A stretch of 64,000 nucleotides of DNA from Chloroflexota bacterium (GCA_043818215.1 JBDRGC010000127.1:12832-76831); one strand, 5' to 3'; shown: positions 47,026 to 56,844, counted from the stretch's first letter. Program-made: numbers and translations. The notes: generated from the letters alone by a model not told the origin.

Positions 47026-48195
47026 ATGAATAAAAAACGTCCATTCGTACTCCATCTAACCTGGGTGGTATTAGCTGTGATCATCATTGCTGCCATTGTA
47101 TTGGCATCTTTGGTTCTGAAAAATATCGCCAACGAGAATTCACAAATCATACCCATTTACAGTCCAGGATCATATAATTTCGAGGGCCAAGCTGTGCGCC
47201 TGGCCTGGTTTTACAAGCCGCCTGTAGATGGCAATCTGGCTTCAGTGGCCGAGAACTTCGACACTATCATTTTGACATCCAACGATGAAAACGAGCGCGA
47301 TGAGCTTCAACAACGCGGCCTTGACACCCCCATTTTGCAATATCTAAGTTTCGACGCCATCCAAGATCCTGGCTCATGCGATGCCCAGCCCTACCAAAAC
47401 CAGGTCGCCAACCAGATCGGCGATTTCTGCCGTATCAGCGAACAGCACCCCGATTGGTTTCTGCTAGATATGCACGGCGAACGCATGAGTAACGGGAGCG
47501 GAAGCGTGATGATGGACCCCGGCAACCAGGAGTGGCGCGCCTTTTGGCTGGAGCGGGCCATCCAAAGCCAGGAACACCTCGGTTGGGATGGCGTTTTCCT
47601 TGACAATGTGGAGGCCAGCCTAAGCAAGCGCGCCCGCCGGGGACAGCTCCCCGCGGCTTACCTCACCAATGCCAGCTACCAAACTGCTGTTTTGAGATTT
47701 TTGCAATACATCTACATTAACTACTTTCAACCACAACAACGCCCCCTGATGGCCAATATTATCGCACTGGAAAATGAGGGCATCTGGTTCGATTATCTGC
47801 AATTTCTTGATGGCGTCATGGATGAAGGATGGGCAGTCGATTGGGAAGATGGTTACCGCAGCTCTGGCAGTTGGGAAGCAGACCTCGTCCGGGCCGAGGA
47901 GACTCAAGGGCTTGGCAAAACGATCCTGCTCGTCTCACAAGGGAATTACAGCGATATCCAACGCCAGGAATTTACCTTTGCCTCATACCTGCTCATCACC
48001 TATGGACGGGCCGCATTCCGCTACACCCACGCCGATCATTATAATGAAATTTGGCTTTATCCAGCCTACGACCTCGATCTGGGGGAACCTCTGGGCGGGC
48101 GTTATATCGACGGCAATCTGTGGCGCCGCGATTTCACCAACGGAACCGTGACCGTTGATCCCCTGAATCATACTGCGACGATTAGTGGGCCGTGA
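47026..48195 (+). CDS. exported/anchored putative glycoside-hydrolase-like protein (GHL15 / TIM-barrel-like)
   Basis: N-terminal TM/signal anchor, with WFLLDMHGERM...MMDPGNQEWRAFW...WDGVFLDN reminiscent of the GHL15/GH114-like families. Tentative. Confidence 0.4.
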   Translation: MNKKRPFVLHLTWVVLAVIIIAAIVLASLVLKNIANENSQIIPIYSPGSYNFEGQAVRLAWFYKPPVDGNLASVAENFDTIILTSNDENERDELQQRGLDTPILQYLSFDAIQDPGSCDAQPYQNQVANQIGDFCRISEQHPDWFLLDMHGERMSNGSGSVMMDPGNQEWRAFWLERAIQSQEHLGWDGVFLDNVEASLSKRARRGQLPAAYLTNASYQTAVLRFLQYIYINYFQPQQRPLMANIIALENEGIWFDYLQFLDGVMDEGWAVDWEDGYRSSGSWEADLVRAEETQGLGKTILLVSQGNYSDIQRQEFTFASYLLITYGRAAFRYTHADHYNEIWLYPAYDLDLGEPLGGRYIDGNLWRRDFTNGTVTVDPLNHTATISGP

Positions 48196-48221
48196 AACGT
48201 GGTGCTACACATTTTCACGTT

Positions 48222-48473
48222 GTTGCTCAAAATGTTAGTGATGCATTGCATCCCAAAGGATGCGTACCCACCAACAAAACCGAATGGTAAATGGTAAATG
48301 GTGAATTATAAATGGTAAATGATTGTGGCGCTGTCCGCACTTCATTTACAATTTTCCATTCACCATTTTCCATTTATAATTTCATTCCCCCTTCATAATT
48401 CAAATGACGCCCTTTGGGGGGTAAAAAAGGCATTTATGGGAATAACTTGAATAACCCGAACTGCAATATTATG
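48222..48473 (+). repeat. 252-bp dispersed repeat, copy B
   Basis: Near-identical to 46594-46845. It abuts a truncated trmO-like fragment. Confidence 0.9.
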
Positions 48474-48608
48474 GTGCTCGATGTAGACGAGGAACACGGC
48501 ATCGTTATGCTGCCCTGGATAGATGCTCTCGATGGCACACCCGTTCTCGATCTGAAGCCTTACATACCAATCTCAGATCGCATTCATGATTACAAGGTTG
48601 CAGCATGA
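48474..48608 (+). pseudogene. 3' fragment of a TrmO/YaeB (TsaA-like) methyltransferase gene
   Basis: LDALDGTPVLDLKPYIP is the conserved C-terminal motif of TsaA/TrmO. The N-terminal ~100 residues are missing, and the apparent N-terminus of ORF 48414.. is repeat-derived. Confidence 0.5.
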
Positions 48609-48734
48609 CTTGAAGAGTGGCCCGAATGGATGGAAGATGCCGCTGAACATTTTACCAAGCACGAAGTTGATTTTGGGGAGTGAGTCTATAAAGCGGTATT
48701 GCGATAAAAACAATCTTGCAAAAGGGAGCCCGCG

Positions 48735-50534
48735 ATGAGCAAATCATCTTCTCTGCACATTTTTGGGCGGACAATTCCGATGTGGGTTGTGGCGTTGGCG
48801 TTTGTCATATTGGGGCTGATGGCTTACTCGCCTTATCTGGGTTCTGGCTTCTCCGGTGATGATTTCATCTTCGTCAATATGCTGGAAGGTGCCATTCCTT
48901 ACGACCCGGTGATGGGTTTCTGGTTCGGCGACATAGACTCCTACCCAGGTTTTACGATGCAGTGGTGGTTCGAACCAGGCGTGGCAGGGTCTTTCCTGCG
49001 CCCGTTGGCAAGCTGGACGCTGACCCTGCTGTACCAAACCTTTGGCCGCAACGCGGTTCCCTTTCATATCACACTGGTGATGGTACATGCGCTGGGAGCT
49101 TTTACCGCCTGCCTCGTGCTGCGGCGATTATCGGGCCGTGACGCGCCCGCGCTGCTGGCTGCGCTGCTGTTTCTCATCTGCGAAGACCACGCCATGACTG
49201 TGGCCTGGATCGCCACCATCACCGACCTGCTATGCGCGCTGTTCCTGAATTTGGCCTTTCTGTGTCACATCACTGCCCGGCAGGAGCGCAAACCCTGGCT
49301 GATTGCCCTGAGCCTGGTTTTCTTCCTGGGGGCGATCACTTCCAAAGAGACGGCTGCCATCTACCCCTTGATTATCGCCGCTTACGAGTTCTTCTTCGCC
49401 GAGCACTTGAGCAGCGACCGCGAACAAGTCAGTTTGATCGCCCGCGTCAGGCTGTTTTTCCGGCATTGGTGGGCCTGGGCGATTCCCCTGACCGCTGTCG
49501 CCGCTTATATGACCTTCTACCTCAACCTCGTCCCGCCAATGCGCAGCCTGATGTACGTGGATCCCTTCAGCCAGCCGGGCCGTTACCTGATTATGATGCT
49601 GACCAACCTGCCGGTGATGTTCGTAGCTCTGTTGACGCAATTCCTGCCTTCGATTGTGGTCATGCTCCCCAAGACGCTGCCCTTCGTGGCGGGGCCCGGA
49701 GTGATCTTGACCGGCCTGCTGCTTTGGGCGTTGCTTCCCTACCGGCGGGAACGCGCCGTCTGGTTTGCACTGCTCGTCTTCGTGTTGGGCCTGCTCCCGG
49801 GCCTGGCGACCGAACCCGGCGAGCGGCTGCTCTACTTCCCCAGCATGTACGGGCTTTTCCTCGTGATCTGGCTCATCGTGCAGATTCCCATCTTGCGGCC
49901 GCGATTCGCGCCCGATGCCCCGCCCGGCGTGCGGCGGCTTGGCGCGGCGTGGGGCTGGTACCTGGCGGCTTCTGCGCTGATCCTGCCGGTCATCCTGCTG
50001 TTCGTCTCCCCCTCGATGTGGATTCCTGGCCTGCAATGGCCTGAACAGACAATGCTCGACAGCCTGCCGATTATCGACGCCGGCGAGTACGAGCATATCG
50101 TCTACCTGAACACCGACTCATCCTACAATTCCTTCTATCTGCCCGATATCTACCGCTACCACCGCGGCGAGTACATCGACCTGCGGCTGCTTTCGAGCTT
50201 CAACGGGCACGTGTGGGCCAGGCAGGCATCGGATCATGCCATCGTACTCAAGAGCGAGGATACCGGCTGGTTGAGCAATATGTTCGCCCGGCTCACGCGC
50301 CTCACGCCGGAGTTCGCTGTGGGCGACGAGTACACCACGTCGCTGTTCACGGCCACCATTTTAGCTGTAACGCCAGACAGGCAGGATGTGCAAGAAGTGC
50401 GCTTCGAGTTTACACTCCCCCTGGACGATCCGTCGATTGTGCTGCTGTTCTACGATGGGGAAAACTATCTCCGCTGGGAGCTATCGACGGAGTGGGAGCT
50501 GCTCAACCCGAGGTTGGATCCGTTTGCGTTCTAA
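48735..50534 (+). CDS. polytopic membrane protein, GT-C-like glycosyltransferase/polymerase candidate with soluble C-terminal domain
   Basis: 599 aa with about 12 TM segments. The early loop motif is SGDDFIFVNMLEG. No precise family recognised. Confidence 0.45.
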   Translation: MSKSSSLHIFGRTIPMWVVALAFVILGLMAYSPYLGSGFSGDDFIFVNMLEGAIPYDPVMGFWFGDIDSYPGFTMQWWFEPGVAGSFLRPLASWTLTLLYQTFGRNAVPFHITLVMVHALGAFTACLVLRRLSGRDAPALLAALLFLICEDHAMTVAWIATITDLLCALFLNLAFLCHITARQERKPWLIALSLVFFLGAITSKETAAIYPLIIAAYEFFFAEHLSSDREQVSLIARVRLFFRHWWAWAIPLTAVAAYMTFYLNLVPPMRSLMYVDPFSQPGRYLIMMLTNLPVMFVALLTQFLPSIVVMLPKTLPFVAGPGVILTGLLLWALLPYRRERAVWFALLVFVLGLLPGLATEPGERLLYFPSMYGLFLVIWLIVQIPILRPRFAPDAPPGVRRLGAAWGWYLAASALILPVILLFVSPSMWIPGLQWPEQTMLDSLPIIDAGEYEHIVYLNTDSSYNSFYLPDIYRYHRGEYIDLRLLSSFNGHVWARQASDHAIVLKSEDTGWLSNMFARLTRLTPEFAVGDEYTTSLFTATILAVTPDRQDVQEVRFEFTLPLDDPSIVLLFYDGENYLRWELSTEWELLNPRLDPFAF

Positions 50535-50560
50535 CCTTATTTCTACCGTACATCTGTGAA

Positions 50561-50613
50561 AATAGAACGCGGACACTTGCGCCTGCGGTAGGTACAAGTG
50601 TCCGCGTTCTATT
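50561..50613. terminator. perfect 19-bp stem / 15-nt loop hairpin just after the membrane-protein stop
   Basis: aatagaacgcggacacttg ... caagtgtccgcgttctatt. No T-tract follows, so terminator function is inferred only. Confidence 0.45.
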
Positions 50614-50792
50614 GAAAGGGGAAGCAAATATCGGGAAGGCGGAGGGGGAGATGAAAAGTTTGAAGTTCATTATGAATCGCAACGATTGGCTTCCGTCATC
50701 AAGCAAACCTTAAATTATTGTTTCTGCCTTGACTTAGAACATGTGTGCGTGTATTATTGAGAACAGAACGGGCGTTCTAATTATGGCTCTAT

Positions 50793-51269
50793 TTGAAGGT
50801 AAATTATATGAACAGATTATTCTCTGGCTCAACGCATGTAGATATTCAAGGAAAACAGGTATTAATATTCCACAGCCTTAATGCAGAGGTTGCAGAATAC
50901 GCAGTAATTGGCTTCGAAAACTATCCTGTGCAAATCCTTGACTACCGGGACTTTGGGTTAGCTGCAATCAACTCCCTTTTGGCGACCAACAGATTTCACG
51001 ATTTCGCTCCAAAGTTCAATCATCCTGCACATACGACCATTGTTAAATCAGAGCAGGGAAAGATACAAATTGAGCTTAGGAATACAGATGAACAGAACCC
51101 ATCTCACATGCTTAGGATTGCAATTGGTATTAAGGAAGCAACTATCCCCGAATATACTTTTTTGCTAAAAGAACTTCAACCATTTAAGAACAAAGTTGCT
51201 TTACTTTCTATATATGAACGTCCTTTTCCAAACGAATTTCCTGCTTACTACCCTTCTTGTGATACGTAA
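50793..51269 (+). CDS. hypothetical protein (within insertion)
   Basis: A 158-aa AT-rich ORF with no recognisable motifs. Confidence 0.3.
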   Translation: MKVNYMNRLFSGSTHVDIQGKQVLIFHSLNAEVAEYAVIGFENYPVQILDYRDFGLAAINSLLATNRFHDFAPKFNHPAHTTIVKSEQGKIQIELRNTDEQNPSHMLRIAIGIKEATIPEYTFLLKELQPFKNKVALLSIYERPFPNEFPAYYPSCDT

Positions 51270-51340
51270 TTTTCCACTTCTGTACACTCAATGTCATTGA
51301 GCGAAGAAAAAGGGTACGGTGCGACAAAAAGAGAGCATCC

Positions 51341-52282
51341 ATGAGCAACAACCATCGAGTCTATCGCAGCATCCGAAATGCCACCAAGCAATTCTATCCA
51401 AATAAACCCGAATGGAATTTGGCTCGCCAATCGAACCCGTTGGCGGAGTTGGCAACAGTGATCGCTCAAAGCAATCGCAGACAATTGCCTGCGATTGCCT
51501 GGAAGTTTCCTGTTAGCACCAAGCCGGAGAGCCAGGTGACGAAATATTGCTGCCGTATACAGAACGAGCTGACTGATTTGGAAATCCACTATTTGCCCTT
51601 TGTCAGAGAATTTCTGGCTGCGCTGGCCGATATTCGCACGTTGGTCTTGGTGATGGATGATCGTGAAGTGGGGCACAATTGTCCGGCTCTGATGCTCAGC
51701 GTGGTTTACAAAGGTCGAACTTTGCCTATTGCGTGGATCGTTGCCAAAGGCAGCCACGGTAATTATCCTGCCGCAAATCATGCCGCCTTAGTCCATAAAG
51801 CCCACCAACTTATCCCCGCAGGAGCAGATGTCATTTTCTTAGATGATATGGACTTGGACAGCACTCCCCTGCAAACCACGATCAAGGCGTATGGATGGGC
51901 TTATGTCTGCCGCGCGGCAGAGGACGTCATCCTTCAAGAAGATGGGGTAGAGTTCTCGTTCAAAGACCTTATGGTCACTCCCGGAGATTGCCTCAGTCTG
52001 CCGCAAGTATTGCTCGCTCAACAAGGTTATAGGCCAGTCCATGCGATTGCCCGGTGGCAAAAAGGCTGCCAAGAACCACTCTATTTGATCACCAATTTAG
52101 AATTGGCAGAAGAAGCTTGTTACTGGTATGCCAGGCGGCTCCGAATCGAAACCTTTTTTTCTGATGAAAAAAGCCGTGGATTTCACATTCACAAGAGCCA
52201 TCTTTCTGACCCAGATCGATTAGCCCACCTAATGATAGCCGCTTGTTTAACCTACATTTGGATCATTTACCTGGGCGTTTAG
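51341..52282 (+). CDS. IS4/IS5-superfamily DDE transposase (possibly truncated)
   Basis: Acidic residues occur in LVMDDRE and IFLDDMD contexts, and the Y-x2-R-x3-E-x6-K signature (YARRLRIETFFSDEK) is typical of DDE_Tnp_1. The ORF ends soon after it. No terminal inverted repeats were found. Confidence 0.6.
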   Translation: MSNNHRVYRSIRNATKQFYPNKPEWNLARQSNPLAELATVIAQSNRRQLPAIAWKFPVSTKPESQVTKYCCRIQNELTDLEIHYLPFVREFLAALADIRTLVLVMDDREVGHNCPALMLSVVYKGRTLPIAWIVAKGSHGNYPAANHAALVHKAHQLIPAGADVIFLDDMDLDSTPLQTTIKAYGWAYVCRAAEDVILQEDGVEFSFKDLMVTPGDCLSLPQVLLAQQGYRPVHAIARWQKGCQEPLYLITNLELAEEACYWYARRLRIETFFSDEKSRGFHIHKSHLSDPDRLAHLMIAACLTYIWIIYLGV

Positions 52283-52641
52283 GAATGAGAATTAAATAAC
52301 TTACCCATTCAAGCAATCACGGTAGCGCCGGTTGAGTAGCGCAGGCACATGCTTTTCGTGCCGTAGCGTATACCTATGCAGGTATACCGTCCCGGTATCT
52401 AGGGACTGCGCACCTGCACTGCATGTGGCGCAAGTGTCGAAACCCAGCGGATTACAGGAAACTAGCCCATTTTCAAGCCCCGTTTGGTTTCTGGACGATC
52501 CATCGATTGTGTTGCTGTTCTACGATGGGGAAAACTATCTCCGTTGGGAGCCATCGACGGAGTGGGAACTGCTCAACCCGAGGCTGTATCCATTTGCGGT
52601 CTAAACCCCGGTGCATGCAAGGATGAAGTGATATTCATTTC

Positions 52642-55600
52642 TCAAGCTATGGGCCATTCGGTTATCACTGCATCTATCTCGGCCATCAGGCGGATGGTTT
52701 CGCGCAAAGCTTTGACAATACACCCATAATGGCGCACGTCGTCGAAGGTGAGGGCGCGCTGGGCTTTTTTGCGATCTTTGAGCCATTTATCGAGTACCTG
52801 GTAGCCGCCGATCTGGAATTCCCACACTTGTGGCTCGATGCCAGCGAAGTACTGCTGGTTGTTGATGTAGACGCGGCCTTGCTCCAAGTGAGTATCGCTG
52901 CCGGGAGCGGGTTCACCTGGAGCGTAGTAACGCGGGTAACGGCTGACCGTCAAATCTGAGCCGGAGACTGGGTAGCTGACGCCAGTTTTACGTAGGGACT
53001 CGGATTCCATCAGGTGCAGAGCGACCAATTGCCCGCCTTTTTCGGCCAGGGTGCGGAAGAGGGCCACATCACTTGTCAGGGGCAGACGGGGGAAATCAAT
53101 CTTTAGAAATTCAGCGTAGCGTTCGCGGAAGGTGGGCGAGTGGAAGACGGCGTAGGCGTAGTCGAAGATGTCTTCAGGGCCGAAGTTTTCTTGCAGGTCG
53201 CCGCGGCCGTTAGGGGTGAAGGCTAAACTCAGTTTATCTTTCGTATAGGCCAGGAACTTTCGTGAGAGATTAGGACAGCGGGTTTTGTATGGTTCCTGTT
53301 CTTCAAACAGACTCAAAATGAACGGCATGCTGCCCCCGCTGCTGAGAGTTTCTATCTTTTTTCTCGTGTTGTTATAGAGATAGAGGGGAAATAGAACAGG
53401 AGTTCCTCGATTACTAAAAAACGTTCTGTTATCAGCAATTACATTCGTAGCAATAAAGTGATTATGTGGAGGACCAACTACTTGTCGTATGGTTAATAAT
53501 GCCATGTTATTGTGCAACATGTGCTGAGATACATCCATTCTTGGGCGGTCGACAAAACCAACAGAATAAAAAATTGATCTAATGTCAAAAGGACGATAGA
53601 GATATTGACTGAAATGTTCGTCCCAGCCAGTTTGATTTTGAAAACTATCCCGTGCCTCGGATAACTTCCAATCTCGAGTGTCATTCAGTTCAAAGCGATC
53701 TTTAATTATCTCATCAGAAAATTTCTCATCGCGAAATATTTTGATTCTTTCTCGTAATGCGTCTTCGTCAAAATCAATCACAAAATGATCCCTGTGAGTT
53801 TTGACACCGCTGGAATGCACAGGGAAAATATCGGTCACGCTCCAGCCGCGCTGGTATTCATCGTACAAGTTAAAATCTTTGGGCACGAAGAAGTAGTGCG
53901 GGGCTTGGGGGGTTAGTTCTTCCCAGTCGGTAGTGCTGAGGTCGTGGGTGTTGAGGGCGTTGTATTTATCAGCGCGGCGGCCCCACAGGTCAGCGTAGTA
54001 GACATCTGCCAAGACCTCCGAGGTTTCCGAGACCTCGGAGGTCTTACCTTGGGGCAACTTCACCGCCAAAATAATCCCCACGCCCTGACGAATGTCGAAT
54101 ACGTTTTCGTCTTTGCTGCCGTCGGAAGCGGTTTCTCCCATCAGGGCATTGCCGTGCAGGTTGAGCAGGTAAATCTCATCGAAGGTTTTCATCAATTCCT
54201 GGCGCATGCCGCGGTGAATCAGCCCGGAGAGATAGGAGTGATTGGTGATCATCCCCACCAGCCCGTAGCCAGTCTGTTCGATGCGCTCGTGAGCAAAACG
54301 TAAAAACTTGATGTAATCATCCGAAAGGGGCTGGATATTGCGCTCATCGCGCACGGCCTTTTTGTAACGCTTCATCAACTGCTCGATGTATTCTCCCTTG
54401 TTGGCCGAACTGACCGAGTAAGGCGGGTTGCCCAGTACAACCATAATGGGCTTATCTCCCTTGATTTCAGCGGCTGCGTTGGCTTCCTCGGTAATATAAC
54501 GCGCAAAGGGGGCAACCTCCTCTTGAAAAATAGGTTTGCCCAAAGTGTTGGTCAGGTAAACACCCAACCGCTGTTTTCCAGCAAATTGATAGCCTAATTT
54601 TTGAAGCTGAATCCCCAACTTCATATGCGCCACCGCGTAGGGAGCCATGAGCAACTCGAAACCAAAGATGCGCGGCAAAAGCTGGTTTTTAGCGTAATCG
54701 TCCCACATCCCGGCCAGCCCCATAACTTCCAGCGACTCGTAAACGCGCTGGATCACGAAATACAAAAAGGTAGCCGTACCCACCGCTGGGTCGAGGATTA
54801 GGGTGTCCCGGTCGGCCAGTCCATCGGGTCGGCCAAAGCGTGTTTTAAGCAAATAATCCAGCGAGCGCACGATATACGAAACCACTGGCTCCGGAGTGTA
54901 ATACACACCGCGTGCCTGACGCATTCGCGGGTCGTAGGCAGCCAAAAAAGTCTCGTAGAAATGCACCACCGGGTCTTCCTGGCGGGTGCTTTTGCCGAAA
55001 TCACGCAGAACTGCGTCCATATCGGCGTTAGCCAGCAGATGGGCAATATCATCTACCAACCAGGCGATGCTGTCATCCAAGTCTGGCCCGGCAATTTCGT
55101 TGAATAGCTTACGCAAGAAAGGATTGGTTTTGGGGAGATTCCAGGCCGCTTCGCGACGGGTGAATTCCTGAGGAGCGGGTACTCGCACCCGCGCGGCGAA
55201 CAACCCATAGGTGATGGTTTGGGCGTACATATCGGCGAACTGGGCCACATCTAGGTCAGGTATCAGCGTTTCACGGAAGACGTTCATTTGAGCGTGAAGC
55301 GCACCCGATGCGCTCTCCTGCTCGAAGGCTTCGGAGAGCAGTTCGCGTAACATACGCGCCAGACCAGCCATCCGCCGCGCCAGTTCCTGCGGGTCGCCAA
55401 TGACCGGGGTCTGTTGGGTCAAAAACCGGTTGAGTAGGTTGGCGGTTTGCTGTATGCCCCCTGGTTCGGTACGAATTTGATGGTCTCTGGTCAACCTGCC
55501 CAGCTGGACTGTCTCCCGCAGATCGCCGTTTACATACCAATGGAATTCCAAGTAATCAGTCAGTATGAGATTGTTGAGCGAAGTCCGATAACGGGTTATT

Positions 55601-55863
55601 TGCTCATCATTTTCCAGCGCGTGCAGATTCGCCCCAATATCTTTGGCCTCCACGTAACCAATCGGTGTTTGCCCGCGCAATATGCAATAATCAGGCGCGC
55701 CACAAGCCACACGTTTGGGTTCGTTTATAGCCTGGATATCATCGGCGAAGCTTTCCAGCAAAACCGACAAAGCTGGGCGGTGGGTGTGCTCAGTAGCATC
55801 GCCGGTATCGAGTTTCTGGCGCAATGATTTTAGATATTCCTTGAGCATAGTATTATCAGTCAT
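52642..55863 (-). CDS. single-polypeptide type IIG (type IIL-like) restriction-modification enzyme: N-terminal PD-ExK nuclease, gamma-class N6-adenine methyltransferase, C-terminal specificity domain
   Basis: GAPDY-x12-VEAKD near the N-terminus, motif I LDPAVGTATFL, motif IV GNPPY and a long C-terminal region conserved in type ISP/IIG enzymes (FDYAYAVFHSP..., GGYQVLDKWLKDR). Confidence 0.7.
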   Translation of the reverse strand: MTDNTMLKEYLKSLRQKLDTGDATEHTHRPALSVLLESFADDIQAINEPKRVACGAPDYCILRGQTPIGYVEAKDIGANLHALENDEQITRYRTSLNNLILTDYLEFHWYVNGDLRETVQLGRLTRDHQIRTEPGGIQQTANLLNRFLTQQTPVIGDPQELARRMAGLARMLRELLSEAFEQESASGALHAQMNVFRETLIPDLDVAQFADMYAQTITYGLFAARVRVPAPQEFTRREAAWNLPKTNPFLRKLFNEIAGPDLDDSIAWLVDDIAHLLANADMDAVLRDFGKSTRQEDPVVHFYETFLAAYDPRMRQARGVYYTPEPVVSYIVRSLDYLLKTRFGRPDGLADRDTLILDPAVGTATFLYFVIQRVYESLEVMGLAGMWDDYAKNQLLPRIFGFELLMAPYAVAHMKLGIQLQKLGYQFAGKQRLGVYLTNTLGKPIFQEEVAPFARYITEEANAAAEIKGDKPIMVVLGNPPYSVSSANKGEYIEQLMKRYKKAVRDERNIQPLSDDYIKFLRFAHERIEQTGYGLVGMITNHSYLSGLIHRGMRQELMKTFDEIYLLNLHGNALMGETASDGSKDENVFDIRQGVGIILAVKLPQGKTSEVSETSEVLADVYYADLWGRRADKYNALNTHDLSTTDWEELTPQAPHYFFVPKDFNLYDEYQRGWSVTDIFPVHSSGVKTHRDHFVIDFDEDALRERIKIFRDEKFSDEIIKDRFELNDTRDWKLSEARDSFQNQTGWDEHFSQYLYRPFDIRSIFYSVGFVDRPRMDVSQHMLHNNMALLTIRQVVGPPHNHFIATNVIADNRTFFSNRGTPVLFPLYLYNNTRKKIETLSSGGSMPFILSLFEEQEPYKTRCPNLSRKFLAYTKDKLSLAFTPNGRGDLQENFGPEDIFDYAYAVFHSPTFRERYAEFLKIDFPRLPLTSDVALFRTLAEKGGQLVALHLMESESLRKTGVSYPVSGSDLTVSRYPRYYAPGEPAPGSDTHLEQGRVYINNQQYFAGIEPQVWEFQIGGYQVLDKWLKDRKKAQRALTFDDVRHYGCIVKALRETIRLMAEIDAVITEWPIA

Positions 55864-56057
55864 TCGAATCTTTCTTTGTTGCTGCCTAAAACCGCATTAC
55901 GGTAAAAGTGGCGCAATCAATTCTGGCCTGACCGCCGACCACCAACCGCAGGCCATACTTTCGGCTGCCTGGTTTTGGCCGTCTGCCTTCTCTTAACTCC
56001 CCCTCTCCCCAGGTTGGGAGAGGGGGAGAGGGGGACAGGGGGTGAGGGTTGCCCTCA

Positions 56058-56825
56058 TTAAATATAAAACTTATCCCGATCCACCTCATCCCTCAGCACC
56101 CGCAGCTCCTCATCACTAGGCGGCGGATTCTGCGTCACTTCATCGGCAACCAATAATTCGAAACCAGTATTTTCGATTACCTCGTCCACCGTGATGCCCG
56201 GCTGAGTGGACAGCAGCATCATGCGCTTCGATTCGGGATGATAGCCCATCACCGCCAGGGTAGTGACTACGCGGTACGGCCCGGTTCCTGGCGGCAGACC
56301 GGCGGCTTCGCGCGCTCCGGGGCCGGTCAGGTAGCCGGGCGTTGTGATGAAATCAACTTTTTCGATGAAGCGGCGTTTGTCGTGGGGCATGATTGCAATC
56401 GTCCGCCAGCAGTGCGAGCCGACATCGTTGCCGCCGCCGCTGCCGGGCAGGCGCACCTTGGGTTTAAAGTAATCGCCGATCACGGTCGAGTTCAGGTTGC
56501 CGTAGGAGTCGATCTGCGCGCCGCCCAGGAATCCGTAATCGACAAAGCCGCGCTGGACCGTCTCCACGACATCGAGGATGCCGGAGGCCGCCAGCGCTCT
56601 GTGGAAGGTTCGCCGCTCCCCCACGGCCAGGGGCAAATCATCCAAAATGGCGCCCGTGCCCCCAAACTCGAAGATGCTCACCAAATTGGGGGCATGCATC
56701 TTTTGGGCCAGCGCACCCGCCAACATGGGAATACCTGTGCCAATAAAAGCAGTGGTATTGTCGCTCATCAACCGCGAGGCAGTACAAATCAATAATTCGT
56801 TGGGATTGTAAGTTAATTCGGACAT
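56058..56825 (-). CDS. CoA-transferase subunit B (3-oxoacid / glutaconate CoA-transferase family)
   Basis: The GAAQ-type region FLGGAQIDSYGNLN and SGGGNDV are typical of family I CoA-transferase beta subunits. ATG at 56825. Confidence 0.8.
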   Translation of the reverse strand: MSELTYNPNELLICTASRLMSDNTTAFIGTGIPMLAGALAQKMHAPNLVSIFEFGGTGAILDDLPLAVGERRTFHRALAASGILDVVETVQRGFVDYGFLGGAQIDSYGNLNSTVIGDYFKPKVRLPGSGGGNDVGSHCWRTIAIMPHDKRRFIEKVDFITTPGYLTGPGAREAAGLPPGTGPYRVVTTLAVMGYHPESKRMMLLSTQPGITVDEVIENTGFELLVADEVTQNPPPSDEELRVLRDEVDRDKFYI

Positions 56826-56844
56826 ATCATTCCTCTCAAAAAAG

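Larger units (their letters stand above)
50535..52490. mobile_element. AT-rich ~1.96-kb insertion with a DDE transposase, bracketed by 114-bp direct repeats of the upstream gene's 3' end
   Basis: The repeats 50421-50534 and 52491-52604 are near-identical. The composition between them is visibly AT-rich. Confidence 0.65.

Noticed and set aside
48414-48608. 64-aa ORF as an intact small gene
   Set aside because: It is chimeric. Its first ~20 codons come from the 252-bp repeat (the same peptide frame exists in copy A at about 46790-46845), and only the rest matches a TrmO C-terminus. It is annotated as a gene fragment.
49230-50096. 288-aa minus ORF and 270-aa + ORF (49232..50044) overlapping the membrane-protein gene
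   Set aside because: They are Arg/Gln/Pro-rich nonsense frames. The 48735..50534 frame encodes coherent TM helices.
50561-50613. 19-bp perfect hairpin as an IS terminal structure
   Set aside because: No matching inverted copy was found at the other end of the insertion, and it lies directly after a stop codon. It is kept only as a possible terminator.
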